Below are positions 40,725 to 50,813 of a stretch of 64,000 nt of DNA, in pieces. This DNA is from Acidobacteriota bacterium (GTDB taxonomy: Bacteria > Acidobacteriota > Thermoanaerobaculia > Multivoradales > Multivoraceae). The position numbers were made by a program, and so were the translations under genes. The stretch lies in assembly GCA_003388555.1 (NCBI GenBank), contig QQVD01000068.1, forward strand, positions 150,633 to 214,632, written 5' to 3'. Each line of letters opens with the position of its first letter. Position 1 is the stretch's first letter. A model generated the notes under the pieces. That model worked only from the letters and a program-made list of their open reading frames with translations, made no database searches and was not told the DNA's origin.

Positions 40725-41624
40725 TCAGTTGGCCTCGAGCAGGTCCTCGCGCTCGAAGAGGTAGGTCTCGGCGCAGTAGGCGCACTCGGCGGAGACGGTC
40801 TCCTCGGTCTCGAACAGCTCGCGCAGCTGATCGCCGCCGAGCTCCAGCAGACGCTGGCGAAGTCCCTCGCGGCTGCATCCGCAGCGGAAGCCCACGGGCC
40901 AGCGGTCGTGGACCCGGTGATGCTCGCCGATCGCCGCAGCCAGGAGCGTCTCCACTCCCTCGGCCCCCCGCGACTCCACCGCCCCGTGCACCGAGTCGAG
41001 CTCACGGATTCGCCGTTCGACCTCGTCGACCGCGCTCGCCGAGGTGCCCGGCAGCGCCTCGACGATCAGGCCACCGCAGCGCCGCAATCCTCGGGCGTCG
41101 AGCCGCACTCCGAAGAGCACCGCAGCCCGACGTTGCTCGCTCTGGTCGAGGTAGTGCGCCAGATCGAGAGCCAGATCACCCTGCACCAGTCCGACCTGGC
41201 TCTCGTACCGGCTGCCCCGTTCGTCGACGCGGCGTACCCTCAACAGCCCCTTGCCGAAGGCGGCGTCGAGTCTCAGATCGTCGACGCCGCCCTCCCCGAC
41301 CGCCCTGGGAACCTGCACCGTCCCGCGCAACCCGCCGTCCGAGCGAGCTTCCACCATCACCTTGCCGACCAGGCCGTCTCCGAGCACCTCGACCTCGAGG
41401 CGGTGCGGGCGCTTGGCGGCGAGCGGCAGGAGCATCGCCGCAGCCAGCGCCGTGTGGGAGAAGGCGAGCGTCGACAGCGGCCCGAGGTCGAGGCGGCGAC
41501 GTGCCTCCTCGACCGCCGAGGTCAGCTCCGCGGCGACGAAGCGCAGCTGGCCGGCGCTCGCGGTACCCGCGAGCACCGTCGCTCCCGCTCCGGCGACGGA
41601 GGGGAACGGACCGTCCGCCCTCAT
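40725..41624 (-). CDS. hslO: Hsp33 family redox-regulated chaperone
   Basis: C-terminal zinc centre FRCGCSREG...CAYCAETY (CxC...CxxC). About 300 aa. Confidence 0.8.
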   Translation of the reverse strand: MRADGPFPSVAGAGATVLAGTASAGQLRFVAAELTSAVEEARRRLDLGPLSTLAFSHTALAAAMLLPLAAKRPHRLEVEVLGDGLVGKVMVEARSDGGLRGTVQVPRAVGEGGVDDLRLDAAFGKGLLRVRRVDERGSRYESQVGLVQGDLALDLAHYLDQSEQRRAAVLFGVRLDARGLRRCGGLIVEALPGTSASAVDEVERRIRELDSVHGAVESRGAEGVETLLAAAIGEHHRVHDRWPVGFRCGCSREGLRQRLLELGGDQLRELFETEETVSAECAYCAETYLFEREDLLEAN

Positions 41625-43123
41625 CCGCCCTCCTGGTCATCGCCTGGGGCAGCGGGCGGCGAACCGTGCAGGCCACCCGAAGCGAGCTCGCGCAGCGCCA
41701 GCGAGCGGACCTCGTCGAACACCTCGCGCACCGCGACACCAGTGGCCAGGGCGGCGGCGCTGCAGTCCTCGTACTCGGGTGAGACGATCCAGCGTGGCGA
41801 CGCCCCCGCCTCCTCGGGCAGCCGCCCCAGCTTCACCGCGATGTCGCGCTGGCGCCAGCGCACGCTCAGCGACGTGCGTTCGAGCTCGAAGCGCTGGAGG
41901 CGCTGGAAGCGGCATCCGAACGATCCGGTCTCGAGCAGCAGCACGCCGGCCAGGCGATCCAGGTCCGCAGGCCGGCAGAGCACCTGGACGAGGGTGCCGG
42001 GACGACCCTTCTTCATCTGGACCGCGCTGCACAGGACGTCGAGCGCGCCGGCGACGAGCATCCGCTGCGCCGCATGGGCCACGATCTCGGCACTGACATC
42101 GTCGACCTGGCACTCGATGACGCAGACCTCCGGCCTCACGTCCATCGGTGCGGCGGTGGCGCGACGGCCTAGGGTCAGGCGAAAGGCGTTGGGCCGGTCG
42201 GCCAGCTCGCGGCGGCCGAGGCCGTAGCCGACGGCGTCGATGCGCAGCGGCGCCAAGCCTGCGTCACCCGGCGCTCCACCGACGAAGTGGGTGACGAACT
42301 CCGACACGATCAGCGCTCCGGTCGGTGTCACCAGCTCGCCGCTCGACGCGATCACCGTGGCACAGCCGGTGCCGCGCAGCAGCTCAGCCGCGGCGGGCGA
42401 AGGCACCGGCAGGACCCCGTGCGCTGTGCGCACCGATCCCGAACCGAGCACCAGCGGTCCGCAGCTCACCGTGGCGGGGGCCAGGTGATGCATCGCAGCG
42501 GCGGCGCCGACGATGTCGACCAGCGAGTCGACCGCTCCGACCTCGTGGAAGTGCACCGCATCGAGCGTCACGTCGTGCATGCGCGCCTCGACCTCGGCGA
42601 GGCGCCGCAGCATGCTCGAGGCCCGCTCGCGTACGGCGGCATCGAGCCGACACCTGTCGATCTGCCGCGCCAGCTGCCGGTAGTCGTGGCCGTGCGATGC
42701 CTGGCGGGCGTGCGAATGCCCCTGTGAGCTCGAGGGCGGGGATCGATCGCCCGCCCCGTGGTGTTCGCCACCCGGAGCGATGAGGTGTCCCGCCGCGGCA
42801 GCGGAGTCATTACCGGCTGCGAGACCCTGCTCCTCGTCCGGGTCCGGACCGTCGATCGGCTCGCCCGCGCGGAGGACGCGGAAACGCGTGCCGGCGATTC
42901 CACCACGCCGGCTGCGCCGCACGTCGACGCCGACGTCTTCGAGCTCCAGCGCCTCGACCACGCCCTCGAGCACCCTGAGGGGCAGACCCACCTCGAGGCA
43001 GGCGCCGAGGAACATGTCGCCGGCGATGCCGGCGGCGCAGTCGAAGTGCAGGTGACCGCGCTCGCTACTCGACTCCGTCTCGGGATCGTCTCCAATCGTC
43101 TCGGTTCTGCTTCGCTGGATCAT
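41621..43123 (-). CDS. larC: LarC-family (DUF111) nickel insertion protein homolog, with His-rich insertion
   Basis: HLHFDCAAGIAGDMFLGACLEVGLP (DUF111 N-terminal motif); VIECQVDDVSAEIVAHAAQRMLVAGALDV (C-terminal motif); His-rich segment HHGAGDRSPPSSSQGHSHARQASHGHD. Start at the ATG at 43123 (MIQRSR). Confidence 0.7.
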   Translation of the reverse strand: MIQRSRTETIGDDPETESSSERGHLHFDCAAGIAGDMFLGACLEVGLPLRVLEGVVEALELEDVGVDVRRSRRGGIAGTRFRVLRAGEPIDGPDPDEEQGLAAGNDSAAAAGHLIAPGGEHHGAGDRSPPSSSQGHSHARQASHGHDYRQLARQIDRCRLDAAVRERASSMLRRLAEVEARMHDVTLDAVHFHEVGAVDSLVDIVGAAAAMHHLAPATVSCGPLVLGSGSVRTAHGVLPVPSPAAAELLRGTGCATVIASSGELVTPTGALIVSEFVTHFVGGAPGDAGLAPLRIDAVGYGLGRRELADRPNAFRLTLGRRATAAPMDVRPEVCVIECQVDDVSAEIVAHAAQRMLVAGALDVLCSAVQMKKGRPGTLVQVLCRPADLDRLAGVLLLETGSFGCRFQRLQRFELERTSLSVRWRQRDIAVKLGRLPEEAGASPRWIVSPEYEDCSAAALATGVAVREVFDEVRSLALRELASGGLHGSPPAAPGDDQEGG

Positions 43124-43164
43124 GCTCTGCGCTCGCACCGGCCCCGGGGCCCGGCGGGCGCAAG

Positions 43165-43842
43165 CTACCACGCTCCTTCGCTACGCAGCGAAACCCAGCG
43201 GTCCGGCCCACCGAGCACCAGGTGGTCGACCAGCTGCACACCGACGACGGACGCCGCCTCCACCATGCGGCGGGTGAAGGCCAGGTCCTCGGCGCTCGGC
43301 GTGGGGTCGCCCGACGGATGGGTGTGGAAGAGCAGTAGGCTGCTGGCGCCCAGCAGCAGCGCCGGCTTGAGCAGGCCACGGGGCTCCACCGAAGCGCGGT
43401 TCAGCGTGCCCCGGTAGACCTCCCGATCCTCGATCAGGCGACTGCGCACGTCGAGGTAGAGCGCCCCCATGACCTCCTGGTCGACGCTCCCGTAGCGCAT
43501 CGCCAGATAGCGGGCAGCGCGCTCGGGCCGATGGAGCGCTGTGCGCTGCGGTAACTCCTCGCGCACCATGCGAACCGCCAGCTCCCCGGCGGCGAGCAGC
43601 ACCGCCACCTTGGCCGGACCGAGACCGCGCCGACGCAGCGATTCGGGCGTCGCATGCCGCAGTCCCTGCACTCCGCCGTGATGGTCGAGCACGTCACCGG
43701 CCAGCTGGCGTGCCGGCACGCCCGGAGCGCCCGTGCCTACCAGGAGGGTGATCAGCTCACCGTCGCTCAGGGTGCGGGCGCCGTGCTCCAGCAGACGTTC
43801 GCGGGGGCGTTCCGAGCCGACGACGGAGCGAGAGGCAGGCAT
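43165..43842 (-). CDS. radC: RadC-family JAB/MPN domain protein
   Basis: ERPRERLLEHGARTLSDGELITLLVGTG (HhH N-terminus) and LLLFHTHPSGDPTPSAEDLAFT (JAMM-like HxHPxG..S.ED). Start at the ATG at 43842; the ORF-track Arg-rich extension is rejected. Confidence 0.75.
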   Translation of the reverse strand: MPASRSVVGSERPRERLLEHGARTLSDGELITLLVGTGAPGVPARQLAGDVLDHHGGVQGLRHATPESLRRRGLGPAKVAVLLAAGELAVRMVREELPQRTALHRPERAARYLAMRYGSVDQEVMGALYLDVRSRLIEDREVYRGTLNRASVEPRGLLKPALLLGASSLLLFHTHPSGDPTPSAEDLAFTRRMVEAASVVGVQLVDHLVLGGPDRWVSLRSEGAW

Positions 43843-44166
43843 GCCGGACCGCGGCCCGTCGCCGGGGCGGCGGCCGCCGCGCCCGGGCAGCCTCGCCGCC
43901 TCCTGGTCGTGGATCGTGGCCTGTTGCGGGGCTGTGTGCATCTGGTCGTAGCCTCCCTGCCGCCGTCGCGACCGAGGTGCTCGACGACGCGCGATGCCGC
44001 GAGCGCGGCGACGCGGGATCGGCCACCCCACGTTCCACCGTCGCTCTCGTCACCAGAACGCGGCCGGGGCGCGCCGACTGACGGCGACGTCACTCTGGCG
44101 ACGAGCGGCCCCGGCGCAGCCAAGGAGCCGCCGCGCCGGAAAGCCACGCACGACTCCTCCGCCCGA

Positions 44167-45888
44167 TCAGCGCTCCGGCGTGCGCGAGAAGTAGTCGCGG
44201 GTCAACGACACCACCGTGCCCGACAGCAGGATGAGCGCCAGCAGATTGGGGAACGACATCAGGCCGAGCGCCACGTCGCCGAAGGTCCACACCGTGGACA
44301 CCGAGAGCAGGCAGCCGAGGAAGAAGAAGCCGACGTAGATCCATCGGTACACCGGGATGGCGCGCGGACCGAACAGGTACTCGGTTGCCCGGTCGCCGTA
44401 GTACGACCACGAGATCGCCGTCGAGATGGCGAACAGGAGCACCGAGATGGTGACGATCAGGTCGCCGTGGCGCCCCGGCAGGCCGACGCTGAAGGCCCGC
44501 GCGGTCAGCGGCGCGCCGGTGAGCAGCCCCGAGCCCAGCACACGCGGCGGCAGCGCGGCGTCGACGGCGGCCAGGGTGCCGTCCGCGGCGAGGCGAAGCT
44601 GGCCCTCCCACGGCTGGCCGTCGGCGTCGACGAAACGCAGGTCCTCGACCGTCGCGCCGAGGTGCACCAGGCTGGCGCCGACGAGCTCGCCACCACGCAC
44701 CGGGTAGGTCTGCTCGCCGCGTTCGACCCGTTGGCGCAGTGCCTCCTGCAGCCCGAGGTCGTCGACGACGGCGTGCACCCCCTCGAGCTCGGTGAGAGCG
44801 ATCAGGCGCTGTTCCTTCTCCTTCCAGACGCCGGTAGTCACGATCACCAGGCCGGTCATGGTGCAGATCACCAGAGTGTCGATGAACGGCTCGAGCGAGG
44901 CCACCAGGCCTTCGCGCACGGGCTCGTCCGTCCTCGCCGCCGCGTGGGCGATCGGCGCGCTGCCCTGCCCTGCCTCGTTGGAGAAGAGACCACGACGGAT
45001 GCCCCACATCAGGGTCATCAGGAAGGAGCCCGCCGCGCCGCCCACCATCGAGGTGGGAGCGAACGCCTCACGCACGATCAGCGCGAAGCTGCCGGGCACC
45101 TGAGGCAGGTTCATGGTCAGGATCACCAGGGCACCACCGACGTAGAGCAGCGCCATGCCCGGCGCCAGGATCGAGGTCACCCGTCCGATCCGCTTGATGC
45201 CACCGATGATGACCAGAGCGACGATCGTCGCCGCGACCATCGCGGTGTAGACCGGCGGCACACCGAACTGCGCTCGCAGCGCGTCGGCCATGGTGTTGGC
45301 CTGGTTCATGTTGCCGGTGCCGAACGAGCAGATCGCCGCCAGAGCGGCGAACAGCAGCGCCATCCACTTCCACTTCGGACCCAGTCCGCGCTCGATGTAG
45401 TACATCGGCCCGCCGGAGACCGAGCCGTCTGCGTGCACCGTGCGGTAGCGCACCGCCAGGGTGCACTCGGCGTACTTGAGCGCCATGCCGAAGAAGGCGG
45501 TCACCCACATCCAGAAGAGTGCGCCCGGGCCTCCCATACGGATGGCGATCGCGACGCCGGCGATGTTGCCGATGCCGACCGTCGCCGAGAGCGCGGTGGT
45601 CAGCGCCTGGTAGTGGGCGAGATCTCCTGCGTCCTCGGGATCGTCGTACTTGCCGCGCACGATGTCGATCGCATGGCGGAATCCACGCACCTGGATCAGC
45701 GCCAGCCGGGTGGTGACGAAGAGCCCGGTGCCGAGCAGCAGCACCGCGAGGAGGGGCACCTGCTCGGGCCAGCTCCAGACGTACCCCTCGAGGAAGCTGG
45801 CGGTCGGGCCCAGGAGCTCGTTGATGGTGGTCGATACGGTGCGCGCGATCTGATCTAGCACGAGGAGCTCCTTGCGGCGGACGCGCAA
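44167..45888 (-). CDS. alanine/glycine:cation symporter (AGCS) family transporter with about 110-aa soluble insertion
   Basis: Multi-TM; AGCS signature GPGALFWMWVTAFFGMALKYAE...FSNEAGQGSAPIAHAAA. Insertion VWKEKEQRLIALTELEGVHAVVDDLGLQEALRQ... lies between TM segments. Confidence 0.8.
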   Translation of the reverse strand: MRVRRKELLVLDQIARTVSTTINELLGPTASFLEGYVWSWPEQVPLLAVLLLGTGLFVTTRLALIQVRGFRHAIDIVRGKYDDPEDAGDLAHYQALTTALSATVGIGNIAGVAIAIRMGGPGALFWMWVTAFFGMALKYAECTLAVRYRTVHADGSVSGGPMYYIERGLGPKWKWMALLFAALAAICSFGTGNMNQANTMADALRAQFGVPPVYTAMVAATIVALVIIGGIKRIGRVTSILAPGMALLYVGGALVILTMNLPQVPGSFALIVREAFAPTSMVGGAAGSFLMTLMWGIRRGLFSNEAGQGSAPIAHAAARTDEPVREGLVASLEPFIDTLVICTMTGLVIVTTGVWKEKEQRLIALTELEGVHAVVDDLGLQEALRQRVERGEQTYPVRGGELVGASLVHLGATVEDLRFVDADGQPWEGQLRLAADGTLAAVDAALPPRVLGSGLLTGAPLTARAFSVGLPGRHGDLIVTISVLLFAISTAISWSYYGDRATEYLFGPRAIPVYRWIYVGFFFLGCLLSVSTVWTFGDVALGLMSFPNLLALILLSGTVVSLTRDYFSRTPER

Positions 45889-45951
45889 CCGTCACTCAGC
45901 GGCCTGCCCGGCCAGCATCGCGCTCGCGCCCGGAGAGAAAGTCGGGGCATC

Positions 45952-47115
45952 CTATCCCGAGCCTCCACCAGCCCTCCCGTCGGCGCCCGCGGCGACGATC
46001 CTGCGGTGCATCGCCCGCCGCAACGGCTGCATGTCGACCTCCGGATCGCTGCGGTGGGCGAGCAGTACCGCGACCAGACCGATCTCGGGATCGATCCACA
46101 GACTGCCGCCGGTGAATCCGGTGTGACCGAAGGCGCGCGTCGACAGCGCCGCGCCGCCGGCGCCCCGGAGCGTGCGCATCCACCAGCCGAGCCGTCGCGT
46201 GCCGGTCCCCGCGAGGGCGCGGCGCACCGCCTCCGGCGACAGGAAACCGCCTCGGCCGCCCGCCGCGCGCAGCCAGCGGTCGCCGAGCTCGAAGACGGCG
46301 TCGACGCTGCCGTAGAGGCCGGCGTGGCCGCAGTAGCGGGAGAGCCAGCGCGCATTGCCGTCCTGGGCCTCGCCGCGGCGCGGTGGTCCGAGGTCGTCGA
46401 CGCTCAGGCCGAGCCCCTCGGCGAGCCGGACCTCGACGGAGGTTCCCATCGGACTGGCCAGGACGCGATCGCCCGCCCGTGCAGCGCTCCCGTCGGCCGC
46501 GAGCACCTCGGCGAGCAGGCCGAGCGGCTCCAGCACGTGCTCGTCGAGCAGATCGCGGAGCGGTGTCCCCAGTCGCTCTTCGGCGAGGCGGCCCCACGCC
46601 AGGTAGCCGAGGTCGCTGTAGACGCCGCGTCGTGCGCCGCCGGCGTGGTCGCCGAGCAGCCGCGGCGCCAGGCGCTCGTCCCAGCGCCAGTCGAGGGCGT
46701 AGAGAGGCAGCCAGGGCACCCTGCCCGCCCGGTGACGCAGCAGGTCCTCGAGGGTCGTCTCGGCTGCCGTCGGAGGCCAGCGGGAGGGCTCGCCGATCGC
46801 CGCCACCCGCGTCTCGAGGCCCAGCAGCCCGAGAGCGTCGAGCCGCAGGGCAAGGGTGGCGGTGAACGGCTTGGCGAGCGACGCCAGATCGAACAGCCGG
46901 GCTCCGCTACCTCCGGCAAGGGAGGTGAATTCGCCATGGCCGCGATCGCTGACCCAGCGCACGGCAGCCACCCGCAGCCTGCCGCGTCGCACCGCGCCGA
47001 CCAGCGGCCGCGCCCAGTCGCCGAGATCTTCCCGGTGCGCGGTCAGGGCGACTCCCCGCCCGCGACCCACCGCACCGCACCGCGACGAGCGTGGCGCGCG
47101 GTCGGGACCGGACAC
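45952..47115 (-). CDS. serine hydrolase, beta-lactamase/penicillin-binding fold (class C-like)
   Basis: FDLASLAKPFTATLAL (SxxK), YSDLGY (YxN-like); 387 aa. Start uncertain (ORF-track start used). Only 40 nt separate it from the divergent kinase gene. Confidence 0.65.
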   Translation of the reverse strand: MSGPDRAPRSSRCGAVGRGRGVALTAHREDLGDWARPLVGAVRRGRLRVAAVRWVSDRGHGEFTSLAGGSGARLFDLASLAKPFTATLALRLDALGLLGLETRVAAIGEPSRWPPTAAETTLEDLLRHRAGRVPWLPLYALDWRWDERLAPRLLGDHAGGARRGVYSDLGYLAWGRLAEERLGTPLRDLLDEHVLEPLGLLAEVLAADGSAARAGDRVLASPMGTSVEVRLAEGLGLSVDDLGPPRRGEAQDGNARWLSRYCGHAGLYGSVDAVFELGDRWLRAAGGRGGFLSPEAVRRALAGTGTRRLGWWMRTLRGAGGAALSTRAFGHTGFTGGSLWIDPEIGLVAVLLAHRSDPEVDMQPLRRAMHRRIVAAGADGRAGGGSG

Positions 47116-47154
47116 CGGAAGCGCTCGGGGCGCGTGCTATCTTGCGCCTCGATC

Positions 47155-49008
47155 ATGCAGCGATTCGGCAAGTACGAGGTCGTGCGCAAGATCGGCGAGG
47201 GCGGGTTCGGACAGGTCTTCGAAGGGTACGACCCGGCGATCCGCCGGAGGGTGGCGATCAAGACCTGTCTCGCAGACTATCCCGAGGTGCGAGCCAGGTT
47301 CCTGCGTGAGGCGTCGATCGCGGGCAACCTCCAGCACCGCAACATCACCGTCGTCTTCGATCTCGGCGAGCAGGACGGCACTCCCTACCTGGTGCAGGAG
47401 TACCTCGAAGGTCGTGACCTCGACGAGGTCATCGGCGACGGTGAGGAGCTGCCGCTGGAAGACCAGCTCGGCTACCTGACACAGCTCGCCCGCGGTCTCG
47501 GCTACGCCCACAGCCAGGGTGTGATCCATCGCGACATCAAGCCCTCGAACCTGCGCGTCCTCGACGAGGGACTGCTGAAGATCATGGACTTCGGCATCGC
47601 GCGCAGCAACCGCAGCGACACCTCGCTCACCGCCACCGGCGAGACCGTCGGCACCTCGACCTACCTGTCCCCGGAGCAGATCCGCGGCGACCAGACGCTC
47701 GACGCGCGCTGCGACATCTACGCCTTCGGAGCCGTCGCCTTCGAGCTGCTGACCGGCAGACCCCTCTACGCACCGACATCTCCGCAGCGACTGATCTACC
47801 AGATCGTGCGGGAGCCGCCGCCCGACGTCGACGAGCTGGCGCCCGACTCCCCCGAGCGCCTGCGCGCCGTCGTCCGTCGCTGCCTGCAGAAGGACCGCGA
47901 CCTGCGCTACGCGAACTGCAGCGAGCTGCTGATGGAGCTCAACCAGACAGCGGCGAGCAGACCGCGCGCCTCGGCCTCCCTCTCGGGACCGACCTGGGAG
48001 TTCCGCACCGTACCGAGAGCCGGCGACACCGATCCGGTGGCGGCACCCCGCGCCCTCGCCGGGCGGGCCGAAGCCCTCCCGGCGGCGGCAGCCGGCCAGG
48101 CCGGCCTCGGCGGCGGCGACCGGGAAACCGCCGAGGTCGGCGACGCCATGCCCCTGGGCAAGGTGCAGCGCCCGGTATCCTCGCGCCCTCGGACTCCGCG
48201 CCGCGACGACGACGAGTTCGACACCAATCCCGACTTCGACACCGCCGAGGTCGAGCCGATCCGCCGCGCCCCACGGTCGGGATCCGGACTGCGCACCCTG
48301 GCCGGCGGCAGCGACCCCTCGGAACGCTCCCCGGCCACCTGGCTGCGACCCGCCGCAGCGGCGGGGCTGGTGGTCGTGGCCCTGATCGCCGCGGCGCTGC
48401 TGTGGTCCGCCGGCGGCCAGGAGTCGGAGGGTCAGGGTGTCGTCGCCCGTCCGGAGACCGGCGACCAGCGCCGCGCCGAGACGACCTCCGCGCCCGCCAC
48501 CGGCACCGCCGGCGCGGACCCACGACGGTCCGCCGCGACGCTGCGGCTGCTTCCCGGCTGGGATCCGTCGATCCGGGTCTCGATCGACGGCGACAACGCA
48601 CTGATCCTCGACGGCGAGGTGATCGAGGAGATCGAGGCGGGCGGCCACCTGCTGGAGTACAGCATCCTGCTCGACGACTACCAGGCGTTCGAGACCGTCG
48701 CGGTCGAGCTCGAGCCAGGCCAGCGCCTGGCGATCGAGCCGCCTCTGGCGGAGCCCGGCCGCCTCACCGTGCGGGCACCCTCCACCAGCCGCGACCTCTT
48801 CGTGCGACTCGGAGACGCGCCACTCGGTTGGACCCCGCTCGAATCGAGGAGGGTGGCTCCCGGCCTCCACCAGCTGCAGCTCTCGGATTCCCCGGCGGCG
48901 ATCGCCCGCGCCCTCGAGATCGACGTCGCCTCCGGCGAGGAGACCTTGGTGGTGAGCGGGCTCGACGCCGCCGTCGAACCGATGGTGCAGCGGCGGCCGC
49001 TGGATTGA
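47155..49008 (+). CDS. Ser/Thr protein kinase with TM segment and C-terminal PEGA-like domain
   Basis: GEGGFGQVFEG...VAIK; HRDIKPSNL; DFGIAR; SPEQ. Then TM AAAGLVVVALIAAALLW and a C-terminal beta-rich domain. ATG at 47155 in frame with ORF 46006..49008, whose 5' part is antisense shadow. Confidence 0.85.
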   Translation: MQRFGKYEVVRKIGEGGFGQVFEGYDPAIRRRVAIKTCLADYPEVRARFLREASIAGNLQHRNITVVFDLGEQDGTPYLVQEYLEGRDLDEVIGDGEELPLEDQLGYLTQLARGLGYAHSQGVIHRDIKPSNLRVLDEGLLKIMDFGIARSNRSDTSLTATGETVGTSTYLSPEQIRGDQTLDARCDIYAFGAVAFELLTGRPLYAPTSPQRLIYQIVREPPPDVDELAPDSPERLRAVVRRCLQKDRDLRYANCSELLMELNQTAASRPRASASLSGPTWEFRTVPRAGDTDPVAAPRALAGRAEALPAAAAGQAGLGGGDRETAEVGDAMPLGKVQRPVSSRPRTPRRDDDEFDTNPDFDTAEVEPIRRAPRSGSGLRTLAGGSDPSERSPATWLRPAAAAGLVVVALIAAALLWSAGGQESEGQGVVARPETGDQRRAETTSAPATGTAGADPRRSAATLRLLPGWDPSIRVSIDGDNALILDGEVIEEIEAGGHLLEYSILLDDYQAFETVAVELEPGQRLAIEPPLAEPGRLTVRAPSTSRDLFVRLGDAPLGWTPLESRRVAPGLHQLQLSDSPAAIARALEIDVASGEETLVVSGLDAAVEPMVQRRPLD

Positions 49009-49322
49009 GCCGCCACGGCGAGGGCCGTGCGCCCGGCCCGGATCGCCCCGACCACCCGTCTTCGCGGTCAGTGGGACGGCGAGGGAGACTGCGCGACACC
49101 CGGCATTTCTTTGGAAATCCGGCGCTTCTAGGTTTTCGCGGCTAAGATCGCGAGGGAGCGGGGGCCTCTCGAAGCCGGCTCCCTCTCCGCAGTGGGCCGG
49201 CGCGGGGAAGCCGGACGGTCACCGGACAGCCAGGCCGGGAACGCGGAGAGCAGGCCCCTCGCCCTACCTCGCCGTCAACGGCGATCTCGTTTCTCGTTCC
49301 GATCTGCACTAGGGGACCAGCC

Positions 49323-49712
49323 ATGGCGAAACGGAACCGCGCGGCCGCGACGATCGGCGCCCTCAAGCGCTCGTCGCCGGCCCTGGACGCAGACGAGGCC
49401 CTGCGCTCGGTGCGCGAGCACGTCGAGGACAACTTCGAGCGTCAGGTACCGCTCGCCGAGGCTGCCGACGTCGCCGGCTTCGAGCGCACCTACTTCTCCC
49501 ACTACTTCCACAAGAAGACCGGGGTCACCTACGTGCGCTGGCTGAACGCCCTGCGCATCTCGCGTTCGATCTCCTTCCTGCGCAACCGCGAGATGAGCAT
49601 CTCGGAGGTCGCCGAGCAGGTCGGCTACCGCGACCTGCGCACCTTCGAGCGCAACTTCAAGCGCTTCCTCGGCTGCACGCCGAGCTCGTTCCGGCGCGGC
49701 CTCAGGTCCTGA
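49323..49712 (+). CDS. AraC-family HTH domain protein (DNA-binding domain only)
   Basis: VPLAEAADVAGFERTYFSHYFHKKTGVTYVRWLNALRISRSISFL...ISEVAEQVGYRDLRTFERNFKRFLGCTPSSFR is a double HTH_AraC; no sensor domain. Confidence 0.65.
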   Translation: MAKRNRAAATIGALKRSSPALDADEALRSVREHVEDNFERQVPLAEAADVAGFERTYFSHYFHKKTGVTYVRWLNALRISRSISFLRNREMSISEVAEQVGYRDLRTFERNFKRFLGCTPSSFRRGLRS

Positions 49713-49781
49713 TCCACGGCTCGGCGGCCGCGGCCCTCGCCACGGCTGTCGGCCTGCGCCGCGACGGGTGGTCCCTCGGCC

Positions 49782-50813
49782 TCAGACGGTTCGCTCGACG
49801 AACCGACTCTCGATCCAGCCCCGCTCGCCGTCGGGCAGAGCGATCAGGATCCAGTCGCCCCGCTCCTCCAGCGCCCGCACCTCGGTGCCGGCGTGGAGCT
49901 TGAATCGCACCACGCCCGAGGCCTCTGGTGCGGTGCGCGCGTCGACCTGCGGCGCCAGCACGACGGCCACCGAGGCCCCGCGCCACCAGTCGAACGCCAG
50001 CGAGGCCAGCATCGCGATCAGCACGACTCCGCCGACCGCCGCGAGCCAGCGCCGCGTCGCCGCAGCCCGCCGCAGCAGGACCAGGGCGATCGCCGACCAG
50101 AACGCGAGTCCGGCCACCACCGCGATCCAGATCCGCTCGACGCGGCTGAAGCCGAAGTGCCAGAAGACGAGCGTCCGCGGTACGGCGCCGGGATCGGGAG
50201 CGGCGATGGCGTCGCGTGCCGAGGTGCGCGCGAACTGGAGATTCGCCAACACGTCCTCGTCGCGAGGCGCCAGCGAACGGGCCCGGCGGTACGCCGCGAT
50301 GGCGCCGCCCAGCTCGCCGCTGCGCAGCAGCGCGTTGCCCAGGTTGTACTGAGCGGAGGCGTTCTCCGGCCCGATCTCGGCCAGCTGTCGGAAACGCGAG
50401 ACGGCGAGACCGTACTCGCCCGACTCGTACGCCTGCACCGCCTCGCCGAACAGGGTCGCCGGATCGGGATCCGCGGCCGTCTCCTGGCGACCCGCGCCTG
50501 GCGGCTGCAGCGAGCCACCGGCGTCGCCGCCGACCTCGCCGCGCTCCGGTCCCGACGTCGCCGAGGGAGTGTCGGGCTCCATCCCTTCGGCCTCTCCGGC
50601 CTCTCCCTCGACCGGCGCGGCGGCACCGCCGATGCGTAGCGGCTCCTCGCTCGGCTCCTGCCCGACCAGCGCGGAAGCCGGCGTCGTCGGAGCCAACGCC
50701 GTCAGCATGCCGGCCGACAGCGCCGCGAGCAGGACGAGCACCCTCCTGCGGTCGTCGCCGGCGACGACCTGCGTGATCACCCGCGACATCACCCGATGCA
50801 TACCTCGGGGCAT
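49782..50813 (-). CDS. batE: BatE-like protein (TPR repeats, two TM, C-terminal SH3-like domain)
   Basis: TPR (AQYNLGNALLRSGELGGAIAAYRRARSLAP), TM segments, C-terminal GTEVRALEERGDWILIALPDGERGWI (SH3b-like). TGATG stop-start junction with batD. Confidence 0.7.
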   Translation of the reverse strand: MPRGMHRVMSRVITQVVAGDDRRRVLVLLAALSAGMLTALAPTTPASALVGQEPSEEPLRIGGAAAPVEGEAGEAEGMEPDTPSATSGPERGEVGGDAGGSLQPPGAGRQETAADPDPATLFGEAVQAYESGEYGLAVSRFRQLAEIGPENASAQYNLGNALLRSGELGGAIAAYRRARSLAPRDEDVLANLQFARTSARDAIAAPDPGAVPRTLVFWHFGFSRVERIWIAVVAGLAFWSAIALVLLRRAAATRRWLAAVGGVVLIAMLASLAFDWWRGASVAVVLAPQVDARTAPEASGVVRFKLHAGTEVRALEERGDWILIALPDGERGWIESRFVERTV

